IMG/VR virus record: IMGVR_UViG_3300030098_004828
Coordinates: 1-64,000 of that record
Length of the DNA: 64,000 nt
Reading direction: 5' to 3' (one strand)
In this document: positions 16,985-27,482 of the stretch, one piece after another
Numbering within the stretch: the stretch's first letter is position 1
How the letters are laid out: each line of letters begins with the position of its first letter
The notes under the pieces: model-generated
Database searches by the model: none
Told to the model about the DNA's origin: nothing
The model's input: the letters and a program-made list of their open reading frames with translations, nothing else
Translations under genes and position numbers: made by a program

Positions 16985-17324
16985 AGCTTTTTTTGAAGAA
17001 GTGGCAAAAGAAATAAATGTTCATAGAGATGTTGTAGAAGATATAGTAACTTTTTACTATGCAAAGGTTAGAAAAAATTTATCTGAATTATCAGATACAC
17101 ATATAAGCGTTTCAGGATTAGGAACATTTAGTATTAGAAAAAGAAAATTAGAACAATCAATTAAAAGAAATAAAGATATAATAGGTAATTTAAGAAAGAA
17201 TGAATATAAAGATTATGAAAAGTATTTACCTATACATGAAAAAGTTAAACAAATGGAAAAAGCTCTTAGTAAAGTAAATGAGAGAATAAATAAAAAACTA
17301 AAATTTAAAAATGAGAATAAATAA
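16965..17324 (+). CDS. HU/IHF-like protein
   Basis: FFEEVAKEINVHRDVVEDIV...ISVSGLGTFSIRKR. Confidence 0.7.
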   Translation: MKPKNHKAFFEEVAKEINVHRDVVEDIVTFYYAKVRKNLSELSDTHISVSGLGTFSIRKRKLEQSIKRNKDIIGNLRKNEYKDYEKYLPIHEKVKQMEKALSKVNERINKKLKFKNENK

Positions 17325-17646
17325 ACTTTTAGGTGCATTTACAAATATGGATAAAATTTTTGAGGGTCTCAAAAATAAAATATTCAAAAGAGAAGATATA
17401 GAAAAAATTGCAGCATTAAGATGGCAAGAATGTGCACGTTGTGAGTTTCTTGATAATTCAGGAAGTAAATGTGCTATGAGAGGCACGCAACCTTGTTGTG
17501 CAGATTGTGGTTGCAGTATAGCTTTAAAAATAAGATCATTATCTTCAGGTTGTCCAAAGGGTAAATGGAATGCTGTTATGAATAAAGAGACAGAGAAAAA
17601 AGTTAAAAAACAAATAAAAGACAAAGAAGATGCCAGTAATATTTAA
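17311..17646 (+). CDS. Cys-rich metal-binding protein
   Basis: CARC...C...CADCGC...CPKGKW. Confidence 0.65.
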   Translation: MRINKLLGAFTNMDKIFEGLKNKIFKREDIEKIAALRWQECARCEFLDNSGSKCAMRGTQPCCADCGCSIALKIRSLSSGCPKGKWNAVMNKETEKKVKKQIKDKEDASNI

Positions 17647-18463
17647 ATCAGATGGTCATATATATGAAACACTTGATGAAAATCTTGAAAAAGATCAAAT
17701 CAAATGGACAAGTGTTACATCATTTGTAGGTATGTTTAAACCTAAATTTGATGCAGAAGCACAATCTAAAAAATCATCTAAAAATAAAAGATCTAAATGG
17801 TATAAAATACCTCCAAAAAAAATATTAGAAATTTGGAATAATGAATCTAAAAGAGCTATTGAATTAGGTAATTGGTATCATGACGAAAGAGAAAAAAGAT
17901 TATGTGAATTTACCACAATAGAAAGAGATGGTGTAGAGGTTCCTATTGTAAAACCTATAACTGATAATAATGGTATAAAAATTGCACCAGAACAAAAGTT
18001 ATCTGAAGGTGTATACCCAGAGCATTTTGTTTATTTGAAGTCTGCTGGTTTATGCGGACAAGCTGATCTTGTAAGTATAGTTAATGGTAAGATTAATATA
18101 CTTGACTATAAAACAAATAAAGAAATAAAAGAAAAAGGATTTACTAATTGGGAAGGTATTACATCCAAGATGTATAATCCAGTTAGTAATTTAGATGATT
18201 GTAATCTTAAACATTATAATTTACAATTAAGTTTATATGTATATATTATAAAAAAACATAATCCTAAACTTAAAATTGGTGATTTAACAATTCAACATGT
18301 AATATTTGAAGAAGAAGGTAAAGATGAGCATGGTTATCCAATAACAAAATATAATGAACAAAAAGAACCAATTGTTAAAGAAGTAAAAATGTATAATTTA
18401 CCATATTTAAAACAAGAAGTACAAAGTTTAATAATGTGGTTAAAAGATAATCCGCTATGTTAA
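17630..18463 (+). CDS. PD-(D/E)XK (Cas4/RecB-like) exonuclease
   Basis: GNWYH, PE, GQADL, ILDYKT, YNLQLSLY motifs. Confidence 0.85.
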   Translation: MPVIFKSDGHIYETLDENLEKDQIKWTSVTSFVGMFKPKFDAEAQSKKSSKNKRSKWYKIPPKKILEIWNNESKRAIELGNWYHDEREKRLCEFTTIERDGVEVPIVKPITDNNGIKIAPEQKLSEGVYPEHFVYLKSAGLCGQADLVSIVNGKINILDYKTNKEIKEKGFTNWEGITSKMYNPVSNLDDCNLKHYNLQLSLYVYIIKKHNPKLKIGDLTIQHVIFEEEGKDEHGYPITKYNEQKEPIVKEVKMYNLPYLKQEVQSLIMWLKDNPLC

Positions 18464-18975
18464 TAAAATTATTTGATATTCAAAATGGTAAAGTTGTTCC
18501 TAGTGAACACTGTTATACTTTAAAGTCTTTAAAGACTGTTATGGAAAAATATCCAGATACTTATTTATCTGTATACCAATATGTATTTTATATGACATGT
18601 CCAGATCCAGATGTGAATCCTTTCTTTAATCTTCCTGAACATGAAAAAGAAGATTTAATTATTGAAGAAATTGAATTAGAAGAGTCAACAGAAGATGGTG
18701 CAATAAGACATGCAATAGATACATGTAAAGAATTATATGAAACTCCTACATATAGAGCATACAAAGGAATTAAAAGTATGTTAGATAGATTGGCAAGATA
18801 TATGGAAACAACGTCTATTGATCACGGTAGAGATGGTAATTTAACTGCATTGGTTAATACTGCTGCTAAGTTTGATCAAATTAGACAATCCTTTAAGGGA
18901 GCATATAATGATATGAAAGATGAACAACAAAGCTCTGTCCGTGGTGGTCAGGGTTTAGCTTATGATCAATTATAA
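18457..18975 (+). CDS. Conserved crAss-like protein, candidate terminase small subunit
   Basis: Helical, ends VRGG...AYDQL, two genes upstream of terL. Confidence 0.4.
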   Translation: MLIKLFDIQNGKVVPSEHCYTLKSLKTVMEKYPDTYLSVYQYVFYMTCPDPDVNPFFNLPEHEKEDLIIEEIELEESTEDGAIRHAIDTCKELYETPTYRAYKGIKSMLDRLARYMETTSIDHGRDGNLTALVNTAAKFDQIRQSFKGAYNDMKDEQQSSVRGGQGLAYDQL

Positions 18976-18992
18976 ATTTAAATTTTAAAACT

Positions 18993-19277
18993 ATGTCAAA
19001 ACAAAAAATTATACCACTTGGAAAGAGAGTTTTAGTAAAACCTCTTCCAATAGAAAAAGAAACGGATTCAGGAATATTACTTGCTCCATCTCAAATAGAA
19101 CTTATACCTAGAGGACACATTGTAGCTGTAGGTTCAGCAGTTGAAGAAGATATTAAAGTTGGAGATTTTGTTGAATTTGTAGGCCAACAAAAAGAACACA
19201 GAACTTATATACATGAAGGAGAGCCTTGTTTTATGATGCATGACCATTTAATTGCTTGTAAAATAGAAGATGTATAA
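18993..19277 (+). CDS. groES: Co-chaperonin GroES (Cpn10)
   Basis: IIPLGKRVLVK...ETDSGILL...GHIVAVG...IKVGDFV. Confidence 0.9.
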   Translation: MSKQKIIPLGKRVLVKPLPIEKETDSGILLAPSQIELIPRGHIVAVGSAVEEDIKVGDFVEFVGQQKEHRTYIHEGEPCFMMHDHLIACKIEDV

Positions 19278-21459
19278 AAAAGTTCCTACATATAAAGATG
19301 GAAAATGGGGTATACAAGAATTTGAAACCCATGAAGATTTTAAATCTTTTATTTTAAATCTTTTTAAAGAACCAGGGCAGTATCAATTTGATGATACTGC
19401 TTTGTTATTTAATGAACAAGCTAATAATTTTAACAATCAAGGATATTATTGTGATAAACCTTTTAGATCTAAAGATTATATACAATATTGGAATAATGAA
19501 AAAGATAAGTGTAGAGAAGGAGTTATATATTATGGTGAAAAAAATATATTTTATCTTACAAGAGATTATTATATGTGGTTAAATTTTCTACCAATCTTTG
19601 ATAAAGAAGAAAAAAAATATGGTTTTGCAAAAGTAAGAGATGCTCAATATCATATGGCATTGTATGAATTATTAGCAGAATTAAATTATAAGCATGTAGC
19701 TATTCTTAAGAAAAGGCAAATTGCTTCTTCTTATTTTCATATGGCTAAAATTATAAATCAATTTTGGTTTGAAGAAGGATCTATATGTAAGATAGGTGCA
19801 TCACTTAAAGATTATATTAATGATAAAGGTTCATGGAAGTTTTTAGAAGAATATAAGACATTTCTTAATGAACATACTGCTTGGTATAGACCTACTAATC
19901 CTGCTAAGGTTTTATTATGGGAACAGAAGATAGAAGTTAGAGTTAATAATAGAAAAACTCATAAAGGTTTAATGTCAAAAATTCAAGGTGGTTCTTTTGA
20001 AAAGAATCCGACAACTGGTGTTGGTGGACCTTGTACTTTCTTTTTTCATGAAGAAGCTGGTATTGCTCCAAAGATGGATCAAACGTATGAATATATTAGA
20101 CCTGCAATGACATCAGGTATGATGACTACAGGTATGTTTATTGGTGCTGGATCAGTGGGTGATCTTGATCAATGTGAACCATTAAAACAAATGATATTAT
20201 CACCACAAGCTAATGATATATATGCTGTAGAAACAAACTTAATGGATGCCAAAGGAACTACAGGTATAGCAGGTCTTTTTATTCCAGAACAATGGTCTAT
20301 GCCACCACATATAGATAAATATGGTAATTCACTTATACCTGAAGCATTAAATGCAATAAAAGAAGAAAGAGCTCAATGGCAGTCAGAATTAAATCCAGAA
20401 CAATATCAACTTAGGATTTCACAAAAACCAATTAATATTGCAGAAGCTTTTGCATATAGAAAAGAAGCAATATTTCCTCAAGCTATTCTCTCTAAACAAA
20501 TTCAAAAAATAGAAGATAAAGAATATGCTTATGAGTTTGTTAAATTAGAAAGAGATGAAAAAGGAATTGTTGCTTCTAGAACTGATAAACTTCCTATATC
20601 TGAATTTCCAGTTAATAAAAAACAAGAAGATAAAACAGGATCTATAGTTATTTGGGAAAGACCAGCAAAGAATCCTGGTTTTGGTATGTACTATGCTTCT
20701 ATTGACCCTGTATCAGAAGGTAAAACAACTACATCAGATTCTTTATGTAGTATATTTGTTTATAAAAATCCTGTAGAAATTACAAGAAAAACTTCAGAAG
20801 GATTAGAAACATTTGTAGAAAAAGATAAAATAGTAGCAGCATGGTGTGGTAGATTTGATGATATAAATAAAACACATGAAAGACTTGAACTTATAGTAGA
20901 ATGGTATAATGCTTGGACATTAGTTGAAAATAATATATCTCTTTTTATACAACATATGATTGCTAGAAAAAAACAAAAATATTTAGTCCCTAAACAACAG
21001 ATAGTATTTTTAAAAGATCTTGGATCTAACAACAATGTATTTCAAGAATATGGTTGGAAAAATACAGGAACATTATTTAAAAATCATCTTATATCTTATG
21101 CTATTGAATTCATTAGAGAAGAGATAGATCAAGAGACAGATGAGAACGGAGATGTGCTAAAAACACATTTAGGAGTAGAAAGAATTCCTGATAAAATGTT
21201 ATTAACTGAAATGATGCAATACTTCCCAGGATTGAATGTGGATAGGTTAGTTGCATTTTCTGCGTTAATAGCATTTGCAAAGCTTCAACAAGCTAATAGA
21301 GGATATTTAAGACGTAAAGAAGAAGATAAGTCTGATGATAACTTGGAAAAATCACAAAATTTGTATAAATTGAATATGAGACCCTTTAGGAATTTGGGAC
21401 GCAGCAAAAGAGTTTACAAAGGAAAAAACAAAAGGTCTCCGTTTAAAAATTTAAGATAA
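19270..21459 (+). CDS. terL: Terminase large subunit
   Basis: LKKRQIASSY (Walker A variant), FFHEEAG (Walker B), ASIDPV nuclease motif, NVDRLVA. Confidence 0.9.
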   Translation: MYKKVPTYKDGKWGIQEFETHEDFKSFILNLFKEPGQYQFDDTALLFNEQANNFNNQGYYCDKPFRSKDYIQYWNNEKDKCREGVIYYGEKNIFYLTRDYYMWLNFLPIFDKEEKKYGFAKVRDAQYHMALYELLAELNYKHVAILKKRQIASSYFHMAKIINQFWFEEGSICKIGASLKDYINDKGSWKFLEEYKTFLNEHTAWYRPTNPAKVLLWEQKIEVRVNNRKTHKGLMSKIQGGSFEKNPTTGVGGPCTFFFHEEAGIAPKMDQTYEYIRPAMTSGMMTTGMFIGAGSVGDLDQCEPLKQMILSPQANDIYAVETNLMDAKGTTGIAGLFIPEQWSMPPHIDKYGNSLIPEALNAIKEERAQWQSELNPEQYQLRISQKPINIAEAFAYRKEAIFPQAILSKQIQKIEDKEYAYEFVKLERDEKGIVASRTDKLPISEFPVNKKQEDKTGSIVIWERPAKNPGFGMYYASIDPVSEGKTTTSDSLCSIFVYKNPVEITRKTSEGLETFVEKDKIVAAWCGRFDDINKTHERLELIVEWYNAWTLVENNISLFIQHMIARKKQKYLVPKQQIVFLKDLGSNNNVFQEYGWKNTGTLFKNHLISYAIEFIREEIDQETDENGDVLKTHLGVERIPDKMLLTEMMQYFPGLNVDRLVAFSALIAFAKLQQANRGYLRRKEEDKSDDNLEKSQNLYKLNMRPFRNLGRSKRVYKGKNKRSPFKNLR

Positions 21460-21572
21460 TGGATAAATATTGGACATCATCAATAAGTTCAGGAGCTCCT
21501 ATTTGGAAAGCTAGCTCTACATATGAAAATGCTAAAATAGTCTATTCAATAAAGAAATCAAAAGTAAAATAA
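21459..21572 (+). CDS. Small protein (37 aa) between terminase and portal
   Basis: TAATG overlap with terL stop; MDKYWTSSISSGAPIWKASSTYENAKIVYSIKKSKVK; ends 1 nt before portal ATG. Confidence 0.5.
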   Translation: MDKYWTSSISSGAPIWKASSTYENAKIVYSIKKSKVK

Positions 21573-21573
21573 T

Positions 21574-24336
21574 ATGAGGGTACTTAATGCCTTACAAATA
21601 AAAAAGGGAGCGAAAGCTGATAATGATGGATATCCTGCTTCAGCAAGTTTAACTCAACCTGTACAATTTTTACCAGCTAAAAAGAAAACTGATGATTGGG
21701 CTGCATGGAATTTAGATTGGCTAGAATTGCAGGGAATGCAATATCTTAGAAATAATTCAAGAAAAATTTTAAAGAATTTTAAACTAGCTAAAGGTATTAT
21801 TGATAAAACGGATTATGTTGTAGAAGAAGATAATGACTATAAAGATTTAATGGACATCTTAACAAAAGAAGATGATTCTGCATTAGAATTAAAATTTTAT
21901 CCTATTATTCCTAATGTAATTAATGTTCTTTCAGGAGAATTTTCTAAGAGATTTAATAAAGTTCAATTTAGAGCAGTAGATGACTTGTCATATAATGAGA
22001 TGTTAGAAGAAAAAAGAAAGCTTGTAGAAGAAACATTATTACAAGAAGCTGAATCTAAAATGAAATTTAATCTAGCATCAATGGGTTTAGATATGAATAC
22101 TCCTGATGTACAACAGCAATTAGATCCTCAACAATTAAAAACACTTCCAGAAATAGAAGATTTCTTTTCTAAAGATTATAGAAGTTTAGTAGAAGAATGG
22201 GCATCTCATCAATTAAAAGTTGATGAAGAAAGATTTAAAATGCATGAACTTGAAGAAAGAGCTTTTAAAGATATGCTTGTTTGTGATAGAGAATTTTGGC
22301 ATTTTAAAATGATGGAAGATGATTACCATATAGAATTATGGAATCCAGTTTTAACATTCTATCAAAAATCTCCAGACACAAGATATATATCAGATTCTAA
22401 TTATGTAGGTAAATGTGATATGATGACGGTATCTGATGTAATAGATAACTTTGGTTATTTAATGACAGAAAAACAATTAAGATCTTTAGAAAATATACAT
22501 CCTATAAAATCTACTAAATATCAAATTAGAGGATATGATAATAGTACTGCATATGATCCAACAAAATCACATTCTTGGAATACTAATATGCCTTCATTAG
22601 GATATAGACAATTTGTAAGTAATTGGCAAGGTAGTCCTGAAGGAGGAGGAGATATTGTCCAATGGATTCTTAACGAAGGGGAAGATATATATAATTGGGG
22701 TGAAGCAGATATGTTAAGAGTTACAACTGTTTATTGGAAGACACAAAGAAAAGTTGGTCATTTAATACGTGTTGATGATGATGGTGAAATAACTCAAAAA
22801 ATTGTAGATGAAAGTTTTAAATTAACAGAAGAACCTGTTTATAATACAAATTTGTTTAAACAAAAAACAAAAGATAATCTTATTTTTGGTGAACATGTAG
22901 ATTGGATATGGATAAATGAAGTATGGGGCGGAGTTAAAGTAGGACCAAATTTACCTGCTACATGGAGACAAGGAAGTACAGAAATAAATCCTATTTATTT
23001 GGGTATTAATAAAGCTAAACCTGGAAGAATACAGTTTCAATTTAAAGGAGATAATAATCTTTATGGTTGTAAACTTCCAGTAGAAGGCAGGGTATTTTCA
23101 GATAGAAATACAAGATCTACTTCTTTAGTAGATTTAATGAAAGCATATCAGGTTGGTTATAATATGGTTAATAATCAAATAGCTGATATACTTGTAGATG
23201 AACTTGGTACTGTAATTATGTTTGATCAAAATGCATTACCACGTCATTCAATGGGAGAAGATTGGGGTAAGAATAATTATGCTAAAGCATATGTAGCAAT
23301 GAAAGACTTTGGTATGTTACCATTAGATACTTCTATTACTAATACTGAAAATGCTACAAACTTCAATCATTATCAAACATTAAATCTAGAACAAACAAAT
23401 AGATTAATGTCTAGAATACAATTAGCTAATCATTTTAAGCAACAAGCATTTGAAGCTATTGGAGTTAATCCGCAAAGATTAGGACAACCTATTGATCAAG
23501 AAACTGCAACAGGTGTAACTCAAGCAATGCAACAATCATATGCTCAAACTGAAATGTATTTTATACAACACTCAGATAATCTTATGCCTAGAGTACATCA
23601 AATGAGAACAGATCTTTCACAATATTATCATGCTAATAAACCTAGTTTAAGATTAAATTATATATCTAGTGAAGCTGAAAAAGTTAATTTTCAAATGAAT
23701 GGAACAGATTTATTAATGAGAGAATTTAATATTTTTTGTACTACAAGAACTAATCATAGAAATATATTAGATCAATTAAAACAATTAGCAATGACAAATA
23801 ATACATCAGGAGCTAGTATTTATGATCTTGGAAGTATTATTAAAGCTGATTCAATTGCTGAGGTTTCAGATATACTTAAAGATGCAGAAGCTAAAGCTGA
23901 TGCAGCTAGACAAGAGCAAATGCAATCACAACAGCAAATGCAAGAAAAACAACTTCAAGCACAAGCGCAAGAAAAAGAAATGGAGCGTCAATATCAAGCT
24001 CAAGAAAATGAAAAAGAAAGACAGAAAGATCTATTAGTTGCTGAAATAAGAGCAGCTAGTTATACAGGAGATCAAGATATTAATCAAAATCAGCAAAGTG
24101 ACTTCCGTGATGCAATGCAAGATATTACTCAAAGAGATCAATATAGAGAACAAATGGATTTTAAAAGAGAGGACTCTGTAAGGAAAGATGCTACTGCTCG
24201 TGAGAAAATGGATATTGAACGTGAAAAACTAAATACACAACGTCAAATTGCACAAACTAATTTAGATATTGCACGTGAAAATAAAAATAAATATGACTTC
24301 AAAAAAGAACCAACAAAGAAGAAAAAGAAAAGTTAG
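21574..24336 (+). CDS. Portal protein
   Basis: 920 aa after terL; FYPIIPNVINVLSGE, GVNPQRLG, ETATGVTQ motifs; Q-rich coiled-coil C-terminus as in crAss-like portals. Confidence 0.85.
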   Translation: MRVLNALQIKKGAKADNDGYPASASLTQPVQFLPAKKKTDDWAAWNLDWLELQGMQYLRNNSRKILKNFKLAKGIIDKTDYVVEEDNDYKDLMDILTKEDDSALELKFYPIIPNVINVLSGEFSKRFNKVQFRAVDDLSYNEMLEEKRKLVEETLLQEAESKMKFNLASMGLDMNTPDVQQQLDPQQLKTLPEIEDFFSKDYRSLVEEWASHQLKVDEERFKMHELEERAFKDMLVCDREFWHFKMMEDDYHIELWNPVLTFYQKSPDTRYISDSNYVGKCDMMTVSDVIDNFGYLMTEKQLRSLENIHPIKSTKYQIRGYDNSTAYDPTKSHSWNTNMPSLGYRQFVSNWQGSPEGGGDIVQWILNEGEDIYNWGEADMLRVTTVYWKTQRKVGHLIRVDDDGEITQKIVDESFKLTEEPVYNTNLFKQKTKDNLIFGEHVDWIWINEVWGGVKVGPNLPATWRQGSTEINPIYLGINKAKPGRIQFQFKGDNNLYGCKLPVEGRVFSDRNTRSTSLVDLMKAYQVGYNMVNNQIADILVDELGTVIMFDQNALPRHSMGEDWGKNNYAKAYVAMKDFGMLPLDTSITNTENATNFNHYQTLNLEQTNRLMSRIQLANHFKQQAFEAIGVNPQRLGQPIDQETATGVTQAMQQSYAQTEMYFIQHSDNLMPRVHQMRTDLSQYYHANKPSLRLNYISSEAEKVNFQMNGTDLLMREFNIFCTTRTNHRNILDQLKQLAMTNNTSGASIYDLGSIIKADSIAEVSDILKDAEAKADAARQEQMQSQQQMQEKQLQAQAQEKEMERQYQAQENEKERQKDLLVAEIRAASYTGDQDINQNQQSDFRDAMQDITQRDQYREQMDFKREDSVRKDATAREKMDIEREKLNTQRQIAQTNLDIARENKNKYDFKKEPTKKKKKS

Positions 24337-24435
24337 CTATATACTGCTTTAAATTTTTTATTTGGAAAAAATTTTTGAGGTTTATAAATAAATCTTTTGT
24401 ATATTATATATGTATAACCATTAAAACCTAAAACT

Positions 24436-25734
24436 ATGGCAAATGAAAATGAAACCAAAACAGTGGAAGAAACTAAAGTTGAAAAAGTAGATATTGATAT
24501 TGATGACATATTTAGTGCAGCACCTGGAGGAGATTCCATAACGCTACCTGAAGAAGAAAAATCAAACTTTTTTAGCAGAAAAAATACAGATACTAGTTTC
24601 ATAGATAAACCAGTTGAATCTAAAACAGAAGAAGCTGAAACAACTAAAGAAACTAAAACTGAAGAAGCAGTTGAAAAAGAAGAAGAAGAAGAAACTTCTA
24701 AAGAAACTATTACTCCTAAAGAGGATGTTAATGTAGATGAAGTATTAGGACTTACAGAAGAAAGTGAAGAACAAACAACTGTAAAAAGAGGTAGAAAGCC
24801 TATAGAAGGAATGGCTGATATGTTTAACAAACTTATCAAAAGTAATAAAATAGTTCCTTTTGATGATGAAAAAGCTCTTGAAGATTATAGTGCTAAGGAC
24901 TTTGAAGAGTTAATTCAGGCTAACTTAGATGAAAGAACAAGGGCGGTTAGAAGTGAAACACCTAAACAGTTCTTTCAAAGTCTACCACAAGAATTACAAA
25001 TAGCAGCAAGATATGTTGCTGATGGTGGTACAGACTTAAAAGGTTTATTTGGAACATTAGCTCAAGTAGAAGAAACTAGAGAAATAGATGCAAAAAGTGA
25101 GCAAGGGCAAGAAAGAATAATAACAGAGTATTTGAGTGCAACTGGTTATGGTAGTGCAGAAGAGATTGCAGAAGAAATAGAAATTTGGAAAGACTTAGGA
25201 AAGCTTGAAAAACAAGCAAAGAAGTTTAAGCCAAAATTAGATAAGATGCAAGAGAAGGTTGTTGCTAAGAAATTACAAGAGCAACAAATGAAGCAGAAGC
25301 AACAAGAACAAGCATCTCAAAACTATATGAAAAATGTGTATAACACATTAAGAGACGGGAGGATAAATAATATAAAGGTTGATAGAAAGACGCAATCATT
25401 ATTATATAACGGATTAGTAAATCCTAATTATCCTTCAATATCAGGAAAAAATACAAACTTGTTGGGACATCTTTTGGAAAAGTACCAGTTTGTTGAACCA
25501 AATTATCCGTTAATAACTGAAGCATTATGGTTATTAGCAGATCCAAAAGGATACAAAACAAGAATAATGCAGCAAGGTGAAACAAGAGCCGTTGAAAAGA
25601 CTGTAAGAAAATTAAAAACAGCACAGTCACAAAAATCATCTGGTTCAGCTGCTGCAGAAGGAAGTAAAAAAACAACAAGTAAAAGAAGAACTTTACCAAG
25701 AGGTGGTAATAATAACTTCTTTAAAAGATTTTAA
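24436..25734 (+). CDS. Putative scaffolding protein
   Basis: Acidic disordered N-terminus, helical; between portal and major capsid gene. Confidence 0.65.
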   Translation: MANENETKTVEETKVEKVDIDIDDIFSAAPGGDSITLPEEEKSNFFSRKNTDTSFIDKPVESKTEEAETTKETKTEEAVEKEEEEETSKETITPKEDVNVDEVLGLTEESEEQTTVKRGRKPIEGMADMFNKLIKSNKIVPFDDEKALEDYSAKDFEELIQANLDERTRAVRSETPKQFFQSLPQELQIAARYVADGGTDLKGLFGTLAQVEETREIDAKSEQGQERIITEYLSATGYGSAEEIAEEIEIWKDLGKLEKQAKKFKPKLDKMQEKVVAKKLQEQQMKQKQQEQASQNYMKNVYNTLRDGRINNIKVDRKTQSLLYNGLVNPNYPSISGKNTNLLGHLLEKYQFVEPNYPLITEALWLLADPKGYKTRIMQQGETRAVEKTVRKLKTAQSQKSSGSAAAEGSKKTTSKRRTLPRGGNNNFFKRF

Positions 25735-25776
25735 TATATGTTTAATTTAGTGTTTAATTTTTAATTTATAATCAAT

Positions 25777-27393
25777 ATGGCAACTCCAGTTTTAAATAAT
25801 GGGATTTTCCTACGTGATACTAACTACAAAGTGAGTTCACATGTTGATTCTTATCACTTAACTAATATCTTGGGTTCTGCGGAACCAATGGATATGGGGC
25901 CGGTTGATATATGGGCTATGGCTCAAAAGGTAGAAATGCCTTTATATCAATTAGCATCATTTGGTGGAAAGAATACAATCATGGTGGATAACGCTCGTGG
26001 TGAGTATAAGTGGCAAACTCCCGTTGCACAAGACCTCCCATATTCGCTAGGCACATCAGCTGATGCAGATAGAGGGAAAGATGGAACTACGTTTAAAATT
26101 CTTTTGAGTTCAAGAGAGTTTGGGCATGGTGACATTATTACTTATGATAAGTATAATGGTGCTGAATTATACGTTACTGCAGAGGAAATAATTCCTTTTG
26201 GTGATGGTTTTCAGTATACTTGTCAACTTGTTAATAATAGCAATACAGCTGTTTTAGCAGACAAATATTTAGCGCACGGAACTAAATTCTTTAGAAAAGG
26301 TTCTGCACGTGGTGAATATGGTGAAAGATATTCAGATGTTCAAACAGGAACAGGTTTCAGAGAATTCTACAATTTTGTAGGAGGAGCTGAAGCACACGTT
26401 CATTATTCTATTTCTTCAAGAGCAGACTTAATGCTTAAAGGAGGAATGAATGCTGATGGTACTATTCCTGTAACAGAGATTTGGAGAACTTTTGACCAAA
26501 ATCTTAATCCTTCTGTTTCTTCACTTGAAAGTATGGTGGAAATTATGGGTAAAGACTATGTAAAGAGAGCGTTTGATAATGGTGATCTTTCTAGAACTTT
26601 CCTAACTAATTTAGAAGCAGCTCATCTTTCTAAGGTAGCTACTGATATTGAAACTTACTTAATGTGGGGTAATGGTGGTAGAATTAAGCAAGACGGACCA
26701 GATGACATGCGTCTATCTGTTGGTCTATGGCGTCAGTTAGACAACTCATATAAACGTGTTTATAATAAAGGAACCTTTAATATGGATATGTTTAAAAATG
26801 AATTGTATAACTTCTATCAAGGAAAAGTTGAATTAGATGGACCAGATCCTAAACGTACTTTAGTAGTACAAACAGGGATAGGTGGTATGAAATTAATAAA
26901 TGCTGCAATTGCTGCTGAAGCAGGTGGAATGGGTAGTAACTATGTTATTAATGCTGATAGTAACGGTATTGTAACAGGTTCTGGAATGAATCTAGGATTT
27001 GGATATGCATATACATCATATGTAATTCCATTCTTAGCAAATGTTCAGTTTGTACTTAACCCAGCATTTGATAGTTTACATACTAATGATATTGAGAATC
27101 CTTTAGTTGATGGCCGACCATTAAGTTCTTACTCATTTATAATCTTTGATGTAACTGACAATGGAAATGACAATATTCACTTATTGAAACTTTCATGGGA
27201 TAATGCATTAAAATGGTTCTATCAAAATGGAACTATGGATTATATGGGAAGATCTCAAGGGTTTGCTTCTTCTGGTAACTTCAATGGATATAGAGTTTAT
27301 ATGACTCAAACCATGCCTGCAATATGGGTGAAAGACCCTACTAAGGTATTGAAGATTGTTATGAAGAATCCAACTACTGGTGGATCATTCTAA
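25777..27393 (+). CDS. Major capsid protein
   Basis: 538 aa, position after scaffold, high-expression codon usage, followed by a strong terminator; crAss-like size. Confidence 0.8.
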   Translation: MATPVLNNGIFLRDTNYKVSSHVDSYHLTNILGSAEPMDMGPVDIWAMAQKVEMPLYQLASFGGKNTIMVDNARGEYKWQTPVAQDLPYSLGTSADADRGKDGTTFKILLSSREFGHGDIITYDKYNGAELYVTAEEIIPFGDGFQYTCQLVNNSNTAVLADKYLAHGTKFFRKGSARGEYGERYSDVQTGTGFREFYNFVGGAEAHVHYSISSRADLMLKGGMNADGTIPVTEIWRTFDQNLNPSVSSLESMVEIMGKDYVKRAFDNGDLSRTFLTNLEAAHLSKVATDIETYLMWGNGGRIKQDGPDDMRLSVGLWRQLDNSYKRVYNKGTFNMDMFKNELYNFYQGKVELDGPDPKRTLVVQTGIGGMKLINAAIAAEAGGMGSNYVINADSNGIVTGSGMNLGFGYAYTSYVIPFLANVQFVLNPAFDSLHTNDIENPLVDGRPLSSYSFIIFDVTDNGNDNIHLLKLSWDNALKWFYQNGTMDYMGRSQGFASSGNFNGYRVYMTQTMPAIWVKDPTKVLKIVMKNPTTGGSF

Positions 27394-27409
27394 TCTATGT
27401 TAGTAATTT

Positions 27410-27437
27410 GAGGGAGGGATCTTAGGATCCCTCTTTT
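27410..27437 (+). terminator. Intrinsic terminator after major capsid gene
   Basis: GAGGGATC-TTAG-GATCCCTC-TTTT. Confidence 0.8.
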
Positions 27438-27482
27438 AAATTTTGTAAATTAAATATATATAAAAACTTAAAAAACTACATT

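Noticed and set aside
19270-27393. Introns or inteins in terminase, portal or capsid genes
   Set aside because: ORFs are continuous, of expected size and show no intein or homing-endonuclease motifs.
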